DNA of 56,224 nt, filler included, from Platydemus manokwari (GCA_037951405.1; 5 parts of 5 records of this genome joined end to end with filler, not necessarily neighbours in it), one strand, 5' to 3'. Numbered from the whole stretch's first letter, positions 11,994-26,474 are shown. Made by a program: numbers and translations. Notes: a model not told the origin generated them from the sequence alone.

Positions 11994-14900
11994 CTGACAG
12001 GATCGTCGATATTGACTTTTTGAAATCAAAACTCGACAAAGAAATCGATGATATTATTGCTGAAACAGAGAAATTGGATTTCGCAAAAATAGTTGCCGAA
12101 AAAGCTTTAACCGAAAGTGAAAATCCTTTACATATTGCTGAGGAATGCCTTTATAACAGAGAAAAAAGAGCAGGCATTGATTTAGTTCACGATCTTCCAG
12201 AAAAGGAACTTCTCAAAGTAAAATCCATTATATTGTTCATTGTGGAATGAGTTATTTTAATTATTATTTTCATGCTAAGAAACATTCTTAAATTTCATAA
12301 TTTCTTAATACTTTATAAGCCCGAATAGATAACCATTTATATTTTATTTATTTCTCTCTAATGTCTGGTGATGCTGGAAAATTCCTGTTAATTGAGAGGC
12401 ATAGAAGGGGATTCGTGTATTTTTGATGACATGGTTGAATAAATGACCCAATCATCTAATCGTGCTAATACGAATATTCATTTTCTAATATAGATAATAC
12501 TGATTAATATATTCTCTCTCAAACTGAAAAATCAAATGTTGCTATTATTTATCCACAGACTTCCAAGTTCGAGATGACATTTTCACGATTTTGAATTCTC
12601 TTATTATAAAACCCGCTCTATATTTTATATTCTGATTTATCAAGAATTAATTATTAAGAAGATTTTTAGATCATCAATTATTCTTTACCTATTATATATA
12701 TAATGAATTAAACCTATAATGTGCCATTCCAGAATATGATATTTTGTGGATTCAACTCTAAACCCTTTTGCTTATACTTTATCATAACTTACCATGGTGA
12801 TCATTTATTGATTTGGTTTCAAATCAACATATCAAGCACATTTACAATTATCAATTAATAATGGAATTATGCAACTGGAACTGATAAAAGCAAGTTCAGA
12901 ACAATTTTTCTCTTGAGAAATGAAAGCGAAGATAATTTTCAATGGGTTATTTTTAAAAGAAACATTTCACAATAAACAAAATTTCAGTCAAGTGATCTGA
13001 ATATTAAATAGAACCACTGAAATCGATACTTGTGTAACTCATTTAAGAGGTTTAGAGGAGCATATTACTAAATAACAGAATTTGTCAACAACATTAATAT
13101 TAACAAACATTAGGTTTTCTTTTCATACATTAGATACTTTGCACCTTAAACGTAAAAATATTGCTTATAAAAAGCTCCAATTCCAACGCCTAATCCAATT
13201 ATACATCCCAAACATTCAAAAATCGAATTATTCAATACAGTTTCATTAAAAATTCACCAAGTTTCAATTTCAATGTCAGAACCGAGGATATTTTCTAGAA
13301 CTTATTAAATTAAATTAAAATAAATAAAGTTTTTTATTATTTCATTTGAATTCACTTTTTCAATTTGAGAATACTTGTTGTGATCTATTTTTTTATTTAA
13401 TGTATGTTGAAGGGTTTAACGGTTATGGTAAACATGAGATTTCTGTTTTCGATTCATTATTTTTCATCATTATTTGGTCTTTTGTCATTTAACACTAATA
13501 ACAAAGACCATCTAAACAATATTTTCTCAACATTATATTTAAAAGTCCTATACACCAAATATATAATTTCTGAAGACTAAATTTTTTCATCAAACTCAGG
13601 ACATTTTTTCTTACTGTAAACAAGTTTAATAATCTGTCATTTATAAAAAAAACACAAGCATTATCACATCTGCTTTTCAAAAATTACATAAACAGAGAAT
13701 AAATTATATTTTACAAAAGATAACATTTTAAAATAGCATTAAAAGATTTTTATATGCTTCCTTGATCAACTCAACTCGGAACAATTTTTCAATAAATGAC
13801 ATTGTTGTAATTCTCATAGTTTTTGAAAATGTTCTCTTAATATTTTACTTCGTGTAGAAACTTGTACCAATGCGGTTGTAGTACTAAATAGATGTCGAAA
13901 ATTAATGAAAGGAATGATTAACCTGTATGATCAAATATGTAGTCAATATAGCTTTCTATTATTTACATTTGCAGTTGGTTGCTATTGGAGTCGTGGGTTC
14001 CTATTTCTAAAACGTTTTTACAGAACCTTTGTAACAAAATAAACATAATAGAAAACTAAAGTGATCAACCAAATAACGATCTAGATGAGAGTCAAGTCCA
14101 TGATAATTTTATAAGTACTCCCTATCAAAGACAAAAGCCAAGTGCATAGATTATTCGTTAATTGCTATTTTCTTTAATGATTTCTTGACGATGTCAATTC
14201 AACTCTAAAATTAACAACACACCAATTGATGTTCGTTCTGCCTGATGAGCACGTAACCATTGGTATCTTCGTTTGGTGTTCTTAAGCGACATCTGATGTA
14301 AAAGACGTATCCATAGTATTCCTGTCAAATTCATCAGAAATGTTCATCGTTGATTTTTTGACAAAGCAGACTATCGCTTTCCGTTTTAGTTGAAAGAAAA
14401 TGAATGTCGTAAAAAATTGATGTGTTAATTAATTAATGATATGGTTGCTGATTTTAACACAGCTTCTATGGTCTAGACTATTTAAAGAAAATATATTCCA
14501 TTGGCGTCATTATTTAAGCTGATTTTCATTAATAATCTAATGTGACTATGTAGATAAGCTTTTATTTAATCCAATAGGTTTTGTAGGATACCTGTCGCAT
14601 GATTCTATGTATTATCGACTTATATCAAGAATTTAATATATCTAAATTAGCTCAATTCATGAGTTGATTATACATAATATAATTATTTCTTTAACTTACT
14701 TATGTAATATAATTATATTTTACAAATGTGTGTGTGATAGTAATCTTTATGAGTTATTTATTTGTATTTGATAACAAAATCGGTAACTAAACAACGGCAA
14801 GCTTGTATAAATCTGTTGGTATTAAAATGAACTACTCTATATTTTACAGGAAATCGATATCATCAAATGCTGCCAGGATAAAATTGCTCATATTATTCAG

Positions 14901-17900
14901 AGAGCTAATGAACAATTGAGGTTCAATAGATTTTATTTTGATTTTTACTAAATTTTCCCTTTAGACTTAACAGGCATGCTCAAAATGAATTAGAAAAAGA
15001 TACTCGAGATAAATATCATGCCTTGAAAGTTGATCAGCTAGCTCACAGCCTTAATAATTCATCTGTCGTATTGGCATATCATAATGGAGTTGAAAATATA
15101 AATAATTGGTGTGTTTTCCTGTTTTACTCTTATTTTTATTATATTTTTATATCATTTTATTCTGTTGTGTCTCATTAAAGAGGTAAAGTTTTGAAAAATA
15201 ATTGGTGATTTAAATTTTATTGAATGGGATAGAAAACGTTACAATTCTTATTGAATATCTTTTTAAAACATATACTGTAAAATCCAGAGTATCAGCTGCA
15301 TATTACACGTGTTAAAAGTGGAACAATTTCTGAGCTGCAACTATTACGATGCACCTAAGATTTTCGGTATTTGTTTTATTGTATCTACTATTGTTAGCCA
15401 TTTTTAATATGATTTTAAAAATTAAAAAAACATACTGCAGAAATTTAAATATTTTTATTATTTTTGTTTATCACTGGAAAATGCAAATGGTGCAGCTTAT
15501 ACGATTTAAAAATACACTTAAAAAACTATTCTATTTGCAGTTTAAATTCAGGATTTTACAGTAACTGCAGTTTTGTCCACTCTTTAAAGACAATCTTTAT
15601 TTTAAAAATCTACTATACAACCAGTTTGGGTTTGACTTTTTCTCAAGAACTTGTTGAAATGATAATATTTATTTTAAAATTTTAATTATACAGCGTTTCC
15701 AATCCGGAAACCTGGATCAATTTCACTAAAGCTAATTTGGAACATTCGTATACCGAACGAGAAGCCAGCAAGAGTTTGCGCGAAGAAATAGAACTTTGCT
15801 TAAACCAATGTCAGGATGATATGTGGCGACAGTGGATTGAAGTTAACAATGCACTATCAAGCAGAATTCAAGAAGCCACAGATTCAAGAAATAAGGACCA
15901 AGCTCATTTGAAAAATGTAAGATTTATTAATAAAATAATATTTAAATTCAATCAATAATTTTAATTATTCAGTAATACTATATTGACTGAAATAAATAAT
16001 GAATAATTCATTGTTAGTTCTCGTTTCGAAAATACACATCAATGAAAACCGATCAAATACAGATGTCTATTTGTCAGGAGATTTTAGTTGGAATTTGTAA
16101 ATCAACTAATTAACGATTACAAGATGGATTCTGTATATCATTATATGATTTGCAAGCATTGCATCAAATATTAATTTCTCAATCATTTTACCAACTCATT
16201 AATTTTATAATGGATTTTAAGTTATATTTTTCCAAACAAGTCTTGATAGTAAATTATCGGCCATGACAGACAATAACAAATGATTTCATTATAAATATCA
16301 TAAATTATTTGACAAAATTCTCATAAAACAAACATTACCCCATTCCAGTATGATGAATGGGAAACAAAAATATATGTTTTTTCAACTATTATTCTAGCCA
16401 GTAGTATTGTTTGAAATTTTACTAACAGTTTTATATCCATAACAATAAATAAAAATATTTTCGAAAAACTCTTACATCTGATAATGTTATTCTTTAGTTA
16501 CTTTAAAGAAATAATGGATGCATTTGTTTGGTAGATATTTTATTGTTGCAGCAAACAGTAACGATTAATTGTTCTTCGTGTTCTATTTAAATAAATATAT
16601 ACCACAAAGTGAAAATTATAATTTTAATATGGGTGTTTTAGTTTCAATAAACTATTATAATTTTTTCAAAAATATTTTATACACGTGATATGTGGCTCAT
16701 GGATAAGATGCCATAAATAATTTTAAATAATGGTTTGAGAAATTGAGCCCAGTTAAAGTGGTAAGTCTGCTATTTTAATTTCCTAGTCAAATTTACCTCG
16801 GTTAACGTACAAATCCTGAGATGGAAGTATTAGAGATATTTTCTAGACTGGTACTGAAAAATAGCCCATGAAATTTATATGAAAATGTGCGTAATTAAAT
16901 GCTTTGATAATAAAGAAATCCATATGTAAATTTGTTAATAAATGCTCTAGGCTTAAAACTTAATATTTTAATTATTAAAACGAAATCAAATTTCATTGCT
17001 ACCAAATACGCTTGCACAATTATGGGAGATATGCTGATATGAAACCACTATGTAAGCATGATAGGATTATAATACCCCGAGCAAAATGAAGTTGAGTAAA
17101 GTGACCTGTCTTATTAAACAGAATTCAATTTTTGGAAAACAAAGCTAGAAATCTGGAAGAATATTCTATGGAACTACAAATTGAAAATAAACCTCAAAGT
17201 GAGGTGATAAAAAAGACTTCGCAAAACTCATCTCGTTAGTGGTGTAGAAAACATTCAAATATTAGAAAAGAAATTTTTGAATTTGGGAAAAATGCAAATT
17301 GATACTAATCAAGCAATACACGAATAGCAGTCTATCTGGTCTCTAACAATTCGCAGGGATAAGAAATTCCAAAAAAATATTAATTTATCAACTGATTATT
17401 CGGAATTCCACTAAAAATTAAAGGAAATCTGAAATGCAGCCAATGCCAATAAAATTATATGTCGAATATGAATAAAGCTTAGAAGGAAATAAAAGAATTT
17501 CATATGTATGGAAAGAGTTCTCAAATTTAGACAATAGTGATGTTGTGATGTGTAAAAATGTTAGAATCCACTTGCAATAGAATGATGATTTTTGGTTTAA
17601 ATCAGATTCCTATGACTAGAAAGGTCTTCAAAACCGGTCTATCGATAAACTGTGACTAACCGTCTTAAAGATTATTCTCGGAAAGTTCAGAGGAAAGAAT
17701 ATTAATGTATATTCATATTATAAATTATATTTAAGATAAATATTATTATTCATCTGAATTATCTTGTTAAAACTATTGAGTTGCAACATAAAATATAAAT
17801 TTAAATAATAATTAAAAGAAAAAAGTCCATTTTAAATTAGGCGTATTAAGCATATCTCAGTAACTATTATTATTTGGAAAAATTAGGAGATAATTTAACT

Positions 17901-20900
17901 TCGGCATTAAACAGTAAAAGTAGAGCGTAATATCGAATTAATCAAATTTTCATTTATTTTAGATTCTTCAAGAAATTTTTGATATGGAGAAAAATATTGA
18001 GTATCTTAAAAAAGCAATCATTGATAAAGAAGCACCGATGAAAGTTGCAAAGAGTAGACTTTATACTCGTCTTGATAGGCCTAATTTGGAATCATGCAAT
18101 GACATTCCTAGAAAAAGGTTTTATATATGTTAATTTTTAATAAAATTGATTAAACTAATTGGTTTAAATTGCGTAAATTTCAAAAATAATATTTATCATA
18201 AAATGTAGAACATAATGTTTTAGTAATAATCATGTTTAAGTTAATATTAAATAAACTAGATTTATGAAAATTCGTAAAAATAATCTATTTGTGTTCATAA
18301 AGGGTTTGAATAAATTTAACTTTTAAATATGATATTCGATAATATTCAATAATATTTACGACATTACTTCATAATCAATAATTTTAAACATACAAATTAT
18401 TTAAAAATAACATAATGTGGGGATTTCAATGTTTTACTGACTAACTGCTAAGCAATTCTAAATATTAAAGCACGTAATTATACAAAGTTATCTAGAAAGC
18501 TTGTTAATTAGACTTATCGATATTTGTAACTCAATACAGTNNNNNNNNNNCTAATCTTATAATAAAAAATTGATAGTTAATGAGTAATATTTGATTTAAT
18601 CCTGAATAATGTTTGTAAGCCGGTACTTTTTTATAAAGCACGGATTAGAAACGACTGGAAAAGTCACGACATAAAATTATATTTAATTTAAAATTATTAA
18701 ACATATTAATATCTTTTAAATTTATATTTAGAATTTCTCAAAGTTTAATTTTAACATTCTCAATGTTGAAACAAATTAATCGAAGTAACTTTGATTGATT
18801 TTCTACAATAGATAAATTTCTTATTTTTCTCTTGAACTTTTGTGCCAATAGGAAAGTCATATATAAGAAATATTTTGATATGTCATCAAAGTTAGAGAAT
18901 GGATTATGAATGGATCTCATGCTTGCTTTTGAAAAAAACTAATTGATAATGGATATTGTCAATGCTTAACGGAACAAAATAGAATTCATTAGCAATGTAA
19001 ACAAATTTTCGGTTATGAATAACACGAAAATTTGAAGTTGTCTTTTTAAGAGAAGCCTGTTAAGAAGATCTAATGGAAACGTTGGTCTTTAACTTTAAAA
19101 TCCGTGAATTTTTTAATTACCTAATTTATTTTAATTTCTCCTGAATATCAAGTGCCCATATGATAAATCAAAAAATGATTAAATATAGCCAAAAATAAAC
19201 TATCAAAATGAATTTCGAGAAAGGTATTATGGGAAGATATTTTAGCACAAATAACAAGTAGACCATGTGAATCCAGTGATTAGGAATTCAAACATCAAAT
19301 CGAATAATATTAAGATATATTAGCAATAATCAAAAATTAATGATAATAATTGAAAGTGATGATTTTCTTATGAGTTTATCCTGACGGGTATAAACTAGAA
19401 AAATATGCAGGAAAGCAGGTATGTGTATTGATATTAGTATGATAGAAACTGTTAATGAAAGATTAAACTTTACTGAATCACCACATTGATGCTTCACGAA
19501 TTATATATGCTCACTAAAATCAATCTATCTTGGAAAATGTTGCCTAAATTTTATGCTGAAATAACAAAACTTCATTGATTATTCGAATTAGAGATAAGAA
19601 ATTTTAATTTTGTCTCTTACTTTGATATTTCTTCAAGGTGAACTGTAATTTCAAAGCTTACAAACACTTTTGATGAAGTGGCATATGAAAGCTATCATCA
19701 TATCATTCATAATGTATAAAAGCATTATTTGTTGAAGTTATCTGTGGTATTATTAGGATAAAGATTATATGGGTAGAAATAACATTGTATTTATAAGACG
19801 TTTTGAGGAATTTCCAAAGTACATCTATTAAAACGCTCGTGGTTTTAGTTTGAGATTAAGTTTGATTAAATTAAAAATCCACCAAGAATCTTGTACGAAA
19901 AATGAATACTTAATAATATGTCATTCCATGAAGTACAGGTGATTAAGCCAGATTTCAACTACTCACTACTTGACAATTCAAATTACAAAAATATATAAAT
20001 ATAATGTATAAAATAACCAACAATTCCATTGATTAATTTTTCAAATAAATCGCTGACATTATCATATTATCACATCGAGAAACAAGTCATGGGATCTTCA
20101 TAATTTACCAAGAAAATTCACACACAGATTAAGAGAAATCATAAGAGATTAATCTGAAGCGACTAACGGAAGTTGATAAATATTTATAATGTGTTTACCA
20201 TAAAAACAACATACATGTCGTGAACCTCACCAATTATCACTTTTAGATATAGGTTTCATTTGATAGATCAAATAACAAGATTTCTGAATCTAAAAAACAG
20301 AAAATTTTTTCTAAGACATTTTTAATTACATATAATATTGGTTCTTTCATAGATTCTAATTGAATTTAATTATTATTTGCGTATTCATGAACTGGTTCTA
20401 AGCTTCAACCGAGGCTTCGGAAATAAATTTGATGGAAGTTATTAAACCGTGTTCAGAAATGAAACGACAAGTTGTAGCATTTTAAATTAAATTGTTTTTA
20501 AAATTTATCTCATTTACTTGCTTCATAAGGTACAACCAGAGCTAATTTCAAAAATATCATGTTCCAAAATTGGAATCAAATCTTATTTATATTCACCACT
20601 CACTATAGATTACTAGTAATATATTTAGTTTAATATCATTAAAAAAATTTAAATTTTGGTTCTTAAAACAAACTTGAACAAAGTTGGTGTGCTTAATTTA
20701 TAAAATAAATTATATTACATAATTCACAAAATCGTGTTGCAATTTACAAGAATCAGCTAAAAATAGATTGACATTTCTAGTTAATTATTTATCCCTGATA
20801 AATAATTACCGGTCCTAAGAATCTAAGAAACTGATTTTCCTGTTTTTAAGTTAAGATTAATTTTTCTTCATTTATTTTCAAATTAAATATCTTTTATTTC

Positions 20901-21559
20901 AGAAAAATTAAGTTCAACTGACATAAAAATTGCTTAAACATATGTGTAAAATATTATTGCAAAAATAATGTGTGTTAATAGCATTAACAAAATAACATAA
21001 TCAATCTTTCTACATTGTATACATTCAATAACAAATTAAAAGTCATGCACAAAAGTGACACACGTACATTATTATATGTATCATAAACTGTTGGACATTA
21101 GAAAACGACATAGTTTATAATAAGGATAAATTATAAGTATTAAACAACTTGTGGAAATAATCCATATTTAAGTGAAGTTTCATAAAAAAGGTCATCAAAT
21201 GAATTTATACAACACTTCCTGTTGAATGTTATCGAATATCCTTAAAAACTCACTCGTATTATGCAATCCAGCAAATAGATTATTCAATATTAAATATTAT
21301 CATCAGAATTATAATCCACAATTGCCATTTAAATTTTTAATCCGATAGATTGATGCAAGAAATTGAAGAAATAAAAAACTCGACATCTTCATTGAGGAAT
21401 CAATTGCGATTGGCTGAAAATGCTTTACAAACTTTATTATTGAATAAAGCCGATGTGGAATCTGATCTGAACGTGAAAATCAACAGTTTGTTTATTGATA
21501 GAGAACAATGTCTCGGAATCCGGAAAACATTTTCAATTGCGATCCCTTTGAAAAAGTAA
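11994..21559 (+). CDS. TEKT3: Tektin (tektin-3/5-like), 5'-partial
   Basis: Exons 11994-12217, 14850-14920, 14965-15108, 15694-15916, 17963-18117 and 21349-21559 join in phase (about 340 aa). Motifs DRIVDIDFLKSKLDKEID, ECLYNREKRAGIDLVHD, EIDIIKCCQDK, VSNPETWINF, LQEIFDMEKNIEYLKKAIIDK, RPNLESCND and DLNVKINSLFIDREQCLGIRK track tektin-3/5. The N-terminal exon(s) are missing at the contig edge. Confidence 0.92.
12370..12650 (+). mobile_element. Degenerate Ty3/Gypsy reverse-transcriptase remnant (intronic)
   Basis: LRGIEGDSCIFDDMV at about 12392-12436 resembles the RT YxDD-box context; the surrounding frame is broken. Confidence 0.35.
15275..15561. mobile_element. Tigger/pogo-like MITE (287 bp) in a tektin intron
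   Basis: Left end TA|CTGTAAAATCCAGAGTATCAGCTGCATA; reverse complement of the right end TA|CTGTAAAATCCTGAATTTAAACTGCAAA; TA on both sides; internal CTGCA repeats; no ORF. Confidence 0.75.
18541..18550. other. 10-N within-scaffold gap inside a tektin intron
   Basis: N10 without the linker; the tektin exons on either side are in the correct order and phase. Confidence 0.9.
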
Positions 21560-23024
21560 TTGAACATTTGAATTATGATTTTACAAAATCTCGATATATA
21601 TTTGCTGTGAGATTTTTAGATTAGAAATACATATGGATTGTGAATTGTGTTCATAAATTTACTGTGATAAATTTTCAATATTTTGCTTATCGGCTGTTGA
21701 CTATTTCATTGATTTTAGAGATCGATAATTTATAAATGCAGTATTTGATAAAAATATGTGAATAAGCAATTATATTGGTATAAAATTTTCTAGACTTTAA
21801 AGTTAATATAGAAAAGAATCCTTTGTAAAGAAACTGATAGATTTTAATTGAATATATCGATACCGGGTTTGAAAGATGTTTTAGGGCTTAACTTATGACT
21901 TTGACCTACTTTCGTTATAATGAATTTTCACACATGAGATAATTTCATAACTTAATTTTATATTTAACTGTTATGTTTAATTTATTCATATAATTCAGTT
22001 AATATCTCATTTTTTAAAAGTCTAATAGTGACAAAACATAGCTTAAAAAAAAATTCCCGTTTTAATCACAACACTTCCATATTATTATTTGAATTTTTAA
22101 ATTAAATATTTTTAATTATATATAGAGTTAGTTAACTAGAGACATGTATGATAATTTTCTTACTTATTTTTAAAAAATAATTGTGAAAATTTGAAGTATA
22201 TGCTCATAATATTATGAAAGGGGTTCTCGCTAATTTTCAACAAATTGCAATTGACCTACTTTAATCCTTTTTTCAAATGATCAAATTTAAGAGATTTTTA
22301 AGCTCTAATCTCTTTAATATTTGATTTCAAACAACTAAAATTATTCTTAAGTACTTAAATAAAAAATTCAAAATGTTTTTAAAAAATATAATTAAATAAA
22401 CTATATAGATTTTTGCAACACACTCAACAAATTTAAAATTTTATTTTACGACCTCTTTTCTTAACTTTATCCCAATTTTACTCAACATCATAAATCATTA
22501 AGTTCACCCTTAAAATATCAATTTAATAAAAATCGAAATTAAAAAATTTTGTTTTATATTTTCATTGTATTTGAAAAAATATTAAATTAAAATTCCCCAA
22601 ATAACCAACCTGCAATATTTCAATGCATAAATTAATAAGAAATCAATTTTCAAAGAATACTGCTTTACAATTAATGTTGCGTAATATTGAAATATTTAAA
22701 AAATAAAACCCCTAGTGATCGCACTTTAACTGAATATGAATTTCAAATTATTGTAGTGAAATAATAAGCTGCTTTTATTAATAAATAGATATTAAATCCA
22801 AAAAATAATTTGCATTTTAGAAAATGATCACAAACCGTTACAAAATAATTCCTCAATCACAACTAATTACACAGTAACCATGACAACGCGTAATTCTGTC
22901 ATTTTCTGTCACATTCATAGAATAAATAATCAATATACAACAACGGCAAATACTGCACATAGAAAAACATCATAATTCATTGAAAGAAAGTGTTAAATAT
23001 CGATAATAAGTCGATCACATTTAA

Positions 23025-24471
23025 TCAGAATGGTAAATGAGAAAATTGCTTCCGAAGTTGTTTCTGTAATTTCTGTGTAACTCGGGAATAAGGACTGTTA
23101 AAAGATTGGAAATTCTGATAAAACTTTCTACTGACAGGATTTCGCCGTGCATTAATTAATTTGACGGCATGTTGTTGATTGTCTGAAACAGAACAGAATC
23201 ATTTTCCATTGACAATACATGTCGATAGCAAAAAAGATTACATTTGACTTCAGCTTCATATTTGGACTTCATGTTGAGAACTGACGTTTCAAATCGAGCT
23301 CTTTCACGTATTGTTGAATTACAGAAAGCTTCTCGCCAACTCTCACCATCAATTCGCTGTCGTGAGGGGAATTTCGCCTGGAAATGCTTCTCCCACAGAG
23401 AATCATTATCGTCAATATAATGCTAAACAATATCAATTTTCCAATATTGAAACAATCCATAAACAAACGGGATTGAAAGATTCAAATTTCAACAATTGTT
23501 CAGTGCTGTAATTCTCTAAAACTGTGATCAATAATTCTCGAGGAGTCAGATAGACCTCTTCGATATAGTTTCGATAAGTTAAAAGAACATCTTGACATAT
23601 TTTCAACAATGTTTCTGGCTCTTTACCACTGATATAATGAGATTTTTGAACTTTTGGTGCCCAACATTTGATGGAAGTAACAGTGCGTTTCGTAAGATCT
23701 GAAAATCAATTTCCAAGATAATAATTTCACAATACAAAATTTAACCCACTCTCTTCAATGGGTCGACTTGTTTGAAGAGATGGAAGTGATTGAACTATAT
23801 CGTTTCTTTTAGAAATGTTCTCCGCAGACGTCAGCGAACAGATATCGGAAATATTTAGTAATTTTCCTTTTCTTGATTTATTAATATGTTTTGGTTTTAT
23901 TGAGAAACTATCCATAAAACTGATCCCCAATTCTGAAGTAAGTTCATTGTTATCTTCGTTATTTAAAGATGAATTGGCTTGTAAATCATGATTATTTACA
24001 TCTTCTGGTCTTTCTATTCCTTTTCTTTTATAATAATCATTTAAAGATAAGCAAACTTTTTTGATTGGTATATTATCAGACTGATTTTTTCTGGATATGT
24101 TTTTAGATTTGAGTTGACTCACAGAATTAAAATCAGTTTTATTTCTCGAAACATTATTTTCACTACTTATTTGTACAGTGCTGTCTATTTGTTTAGTATT
24201 GCAAATTAATTTTTTCCATTTGTTGACAATTGAAGACGATTTTAATCCTATTTGTCCGGGCAATTTAGAGCATTTATAAAGGACTTTACCAATGTTTGAT
24301 ACCACCACATAATCTTTAATAGGAATCCAATTTTCTAATTTCTTTAAAATTTGTAATTTCTAAATTTGAATTAATTAAATTAAAATAGCAATTTTATCTA
24401 ACTTCTATTATATTGGTTTTTTCATCATTTAATAAAACACAAAAATTCTTAAGATCACTAAGATTTATCAT
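23025..24471 (-). CDS. ELOA: Elongin A (RNA polymerase II elongation factor SIII A subunit)
   Basis: Minus-strand exons 24471-24403, 24359-23750, 23698-23469, 23422-23242 and 23182-23025 (1248 nt, 415 aa). TFIIS-N-like N-terminus KLQILKKLENW...SNIGKVLYKCSKLPGQIGLKSSSIVNKWKKLI; BC-box TLLKICQDVL; IEEVYLTPRELLITVLENYSTEQLLKFESFNPHYIDDNDSLWEKHF...ESWREAF, aligning with the conserved Elongin A C-terminal domain. Confidence 0.88.
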
Positions 24472-24527
24472 TAAATAATCTATATAATAAATAATCTTAA
24501 AAATAAATTTAAAAAAAGCTGATATTA

Positions 24528-24627
24528 NNNNNNNNNNNNNNNNNNNNNNNNNNNNNNNNNNNNNNNNNNNNTTAATTAATTAANNNNNNNNNNNNNNNNN
24601 NNNNNNNNNNNNNNNNNNNNNNNNNNN
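24528..24627. other. Artificial contig-join spacer
   Basis: N44-TTAATTAATTAA-N44. Confidence 0.95.
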
Positions 24628-26413
24628 ATTTAAATTAAAATTTCTATTTCTCTCTACTTTATATTTTCATTATAGCTTCATATTTTTCCTTTATCTTTTC
24701 TATTATTATTATTTTTATTATTGTTATTATTATTATTTCAATGTGATTTCGATAACACAGGTTTATATTCTCCGTTTTTTTTTCATTATTTCTATTTATT
24801 TTCAAATAATATAACTAAAGCGGAACACGAATTATGTGGTTGAGAAAGCCACGTCATCGATACTTTCCTATTTTGATATTCCTTTGATCCCATTTGATTC
24901 ATTACACCTCTAACGGAATAGTAGTGATTCTATGGAAAAGAAATTTATGGTTTCATGAAATAAGTTTTTTGGAAATAATATCTATGTCAATACTTTTCCC
25001 AGAATCCACCAGAATCAAAAGGAAATAACTTCTCGTAATAATCAATTCGAAAGAGATTCCACTTATAATTTTTCCCACAACTAATCGGAATTAATTAATG
25101 CTGAGGTTTATTACCGATAAATCAATACGTCATTAAAAAATTTATGTGTTCATCATAAATATAAATAAATTTCTCCAAATAGAAAATCATATTTTAGTAT
25201 TTGAGGCCTTTATAAATATCAAATTTTTTGATATTAGGGTTGTTTTGAAGATAATGATTTGGAGATAAAATCGAACCAGTATGACATTAAAATGAGATTT
25301 AGTATAATAATCATGGATATAATATCCAACTATTAGGATACGACAACGTAACGGGTTTGTGTTCTAATATTATAAATGCGGGTTCAAAGAATTACAAAAC
25401 CACTGCCTATCAGTAGAATTAATATAGACGGGAATATGGGAATATAGATGGTTCCATCATCGAATTCTCAGTTCAATTATCGTTATATTATTATTATTTT
25501 AATTCATAACTCCTAAATAAAAGCCACGTTCAAAGATTTCCTCGAACAATGTGAAATTCAAAAAGTGGATTAATAATGTTCTTTACATTCAGAGATGGAT
25601 TTTATTCATATTCGTTTTCAGACTTGTGATGTCGGCTAAAATACCGTGTAAGTGGTGTGATATATTTCATTTAAAACAGCTTTTTTAAAATATTATCCAG
25701 GTATTTGGATTGGTAAATTAGGGCCCGGATTTGGCTGTGAAGGCTGTTGTCGATATTGTCTGCTATTAGATTGGGATTTAGGCGTTTTGGGATGTGATAC
25801 AGTACCCAAATATATTTTCAGCTGAATCTAACATTATAATTGTATCATTTATGAATTCAATGTTCTTATGAAATCTGGACTATTATAAATAGTCCTGTAT
25901 TTTTTTCAAATTTATTTTTATTTTTGATTGTTTATTTTTGGTTATTATGAATATTGTGTGAGAAAAGAAAATTTAGTAACCTTTGTTAAAACTAAGTAAT
26001 AAAAAAGGTAAAAGCACAAGTGAGTTTACAGTCCTGATTCGGCATATATTTTGTTTGAATTTTGATTGATGATAACAACTTGATGAGTCAATATCTTGAA
26101 CTTTTATAAACAATATTAAGAATAGCATATAACCATGATTCAAATTATATATACATATATATGTGAGTGAGTGTGTGTGTATGTGTGTGTGCTGTTTTCA
26201 ATTACGAACAAAAATTATTATTTTTTTTGTGTTTTCATGAGTTTCGAACTAAGTTACTCTCATTTATAAATAAATAATAATATGTTTTCGTATTAAATAT
26301 ACATGTCTGTATTACTTTAATATATTGCGATTTTAACCAGGTGCTTAGTCGCCTCAGTAAGAAGACTTATCGGGAAAGGAAAATTTAAACAAATCCAATG
26401 AAATTAACATGTA

Positions 26414-26419
<6 letters not shown>

Positions 26420-26474
<55 letters not shown>
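26420..26474. repeat. (AAT)n microsatellite
   Basis: Perfect AAT run. Confidence 0.9.

Noticed and set aside
17050-20520. Coding-like fragments in tektin introns (coiled-coil LLNRIQFLENKARNLEEY; ADIIILSHRETSHG)
   Set aside because: Short and stop-riddled; probably LINE ORF1 and integrase debris, but too degenerate to call a nested gene.
23269-23511. ORFs 23269-23466 (-) and 23311-23511 (+)
   Set aside because: Off-frame or antisense overlaps of Elongin A exons.
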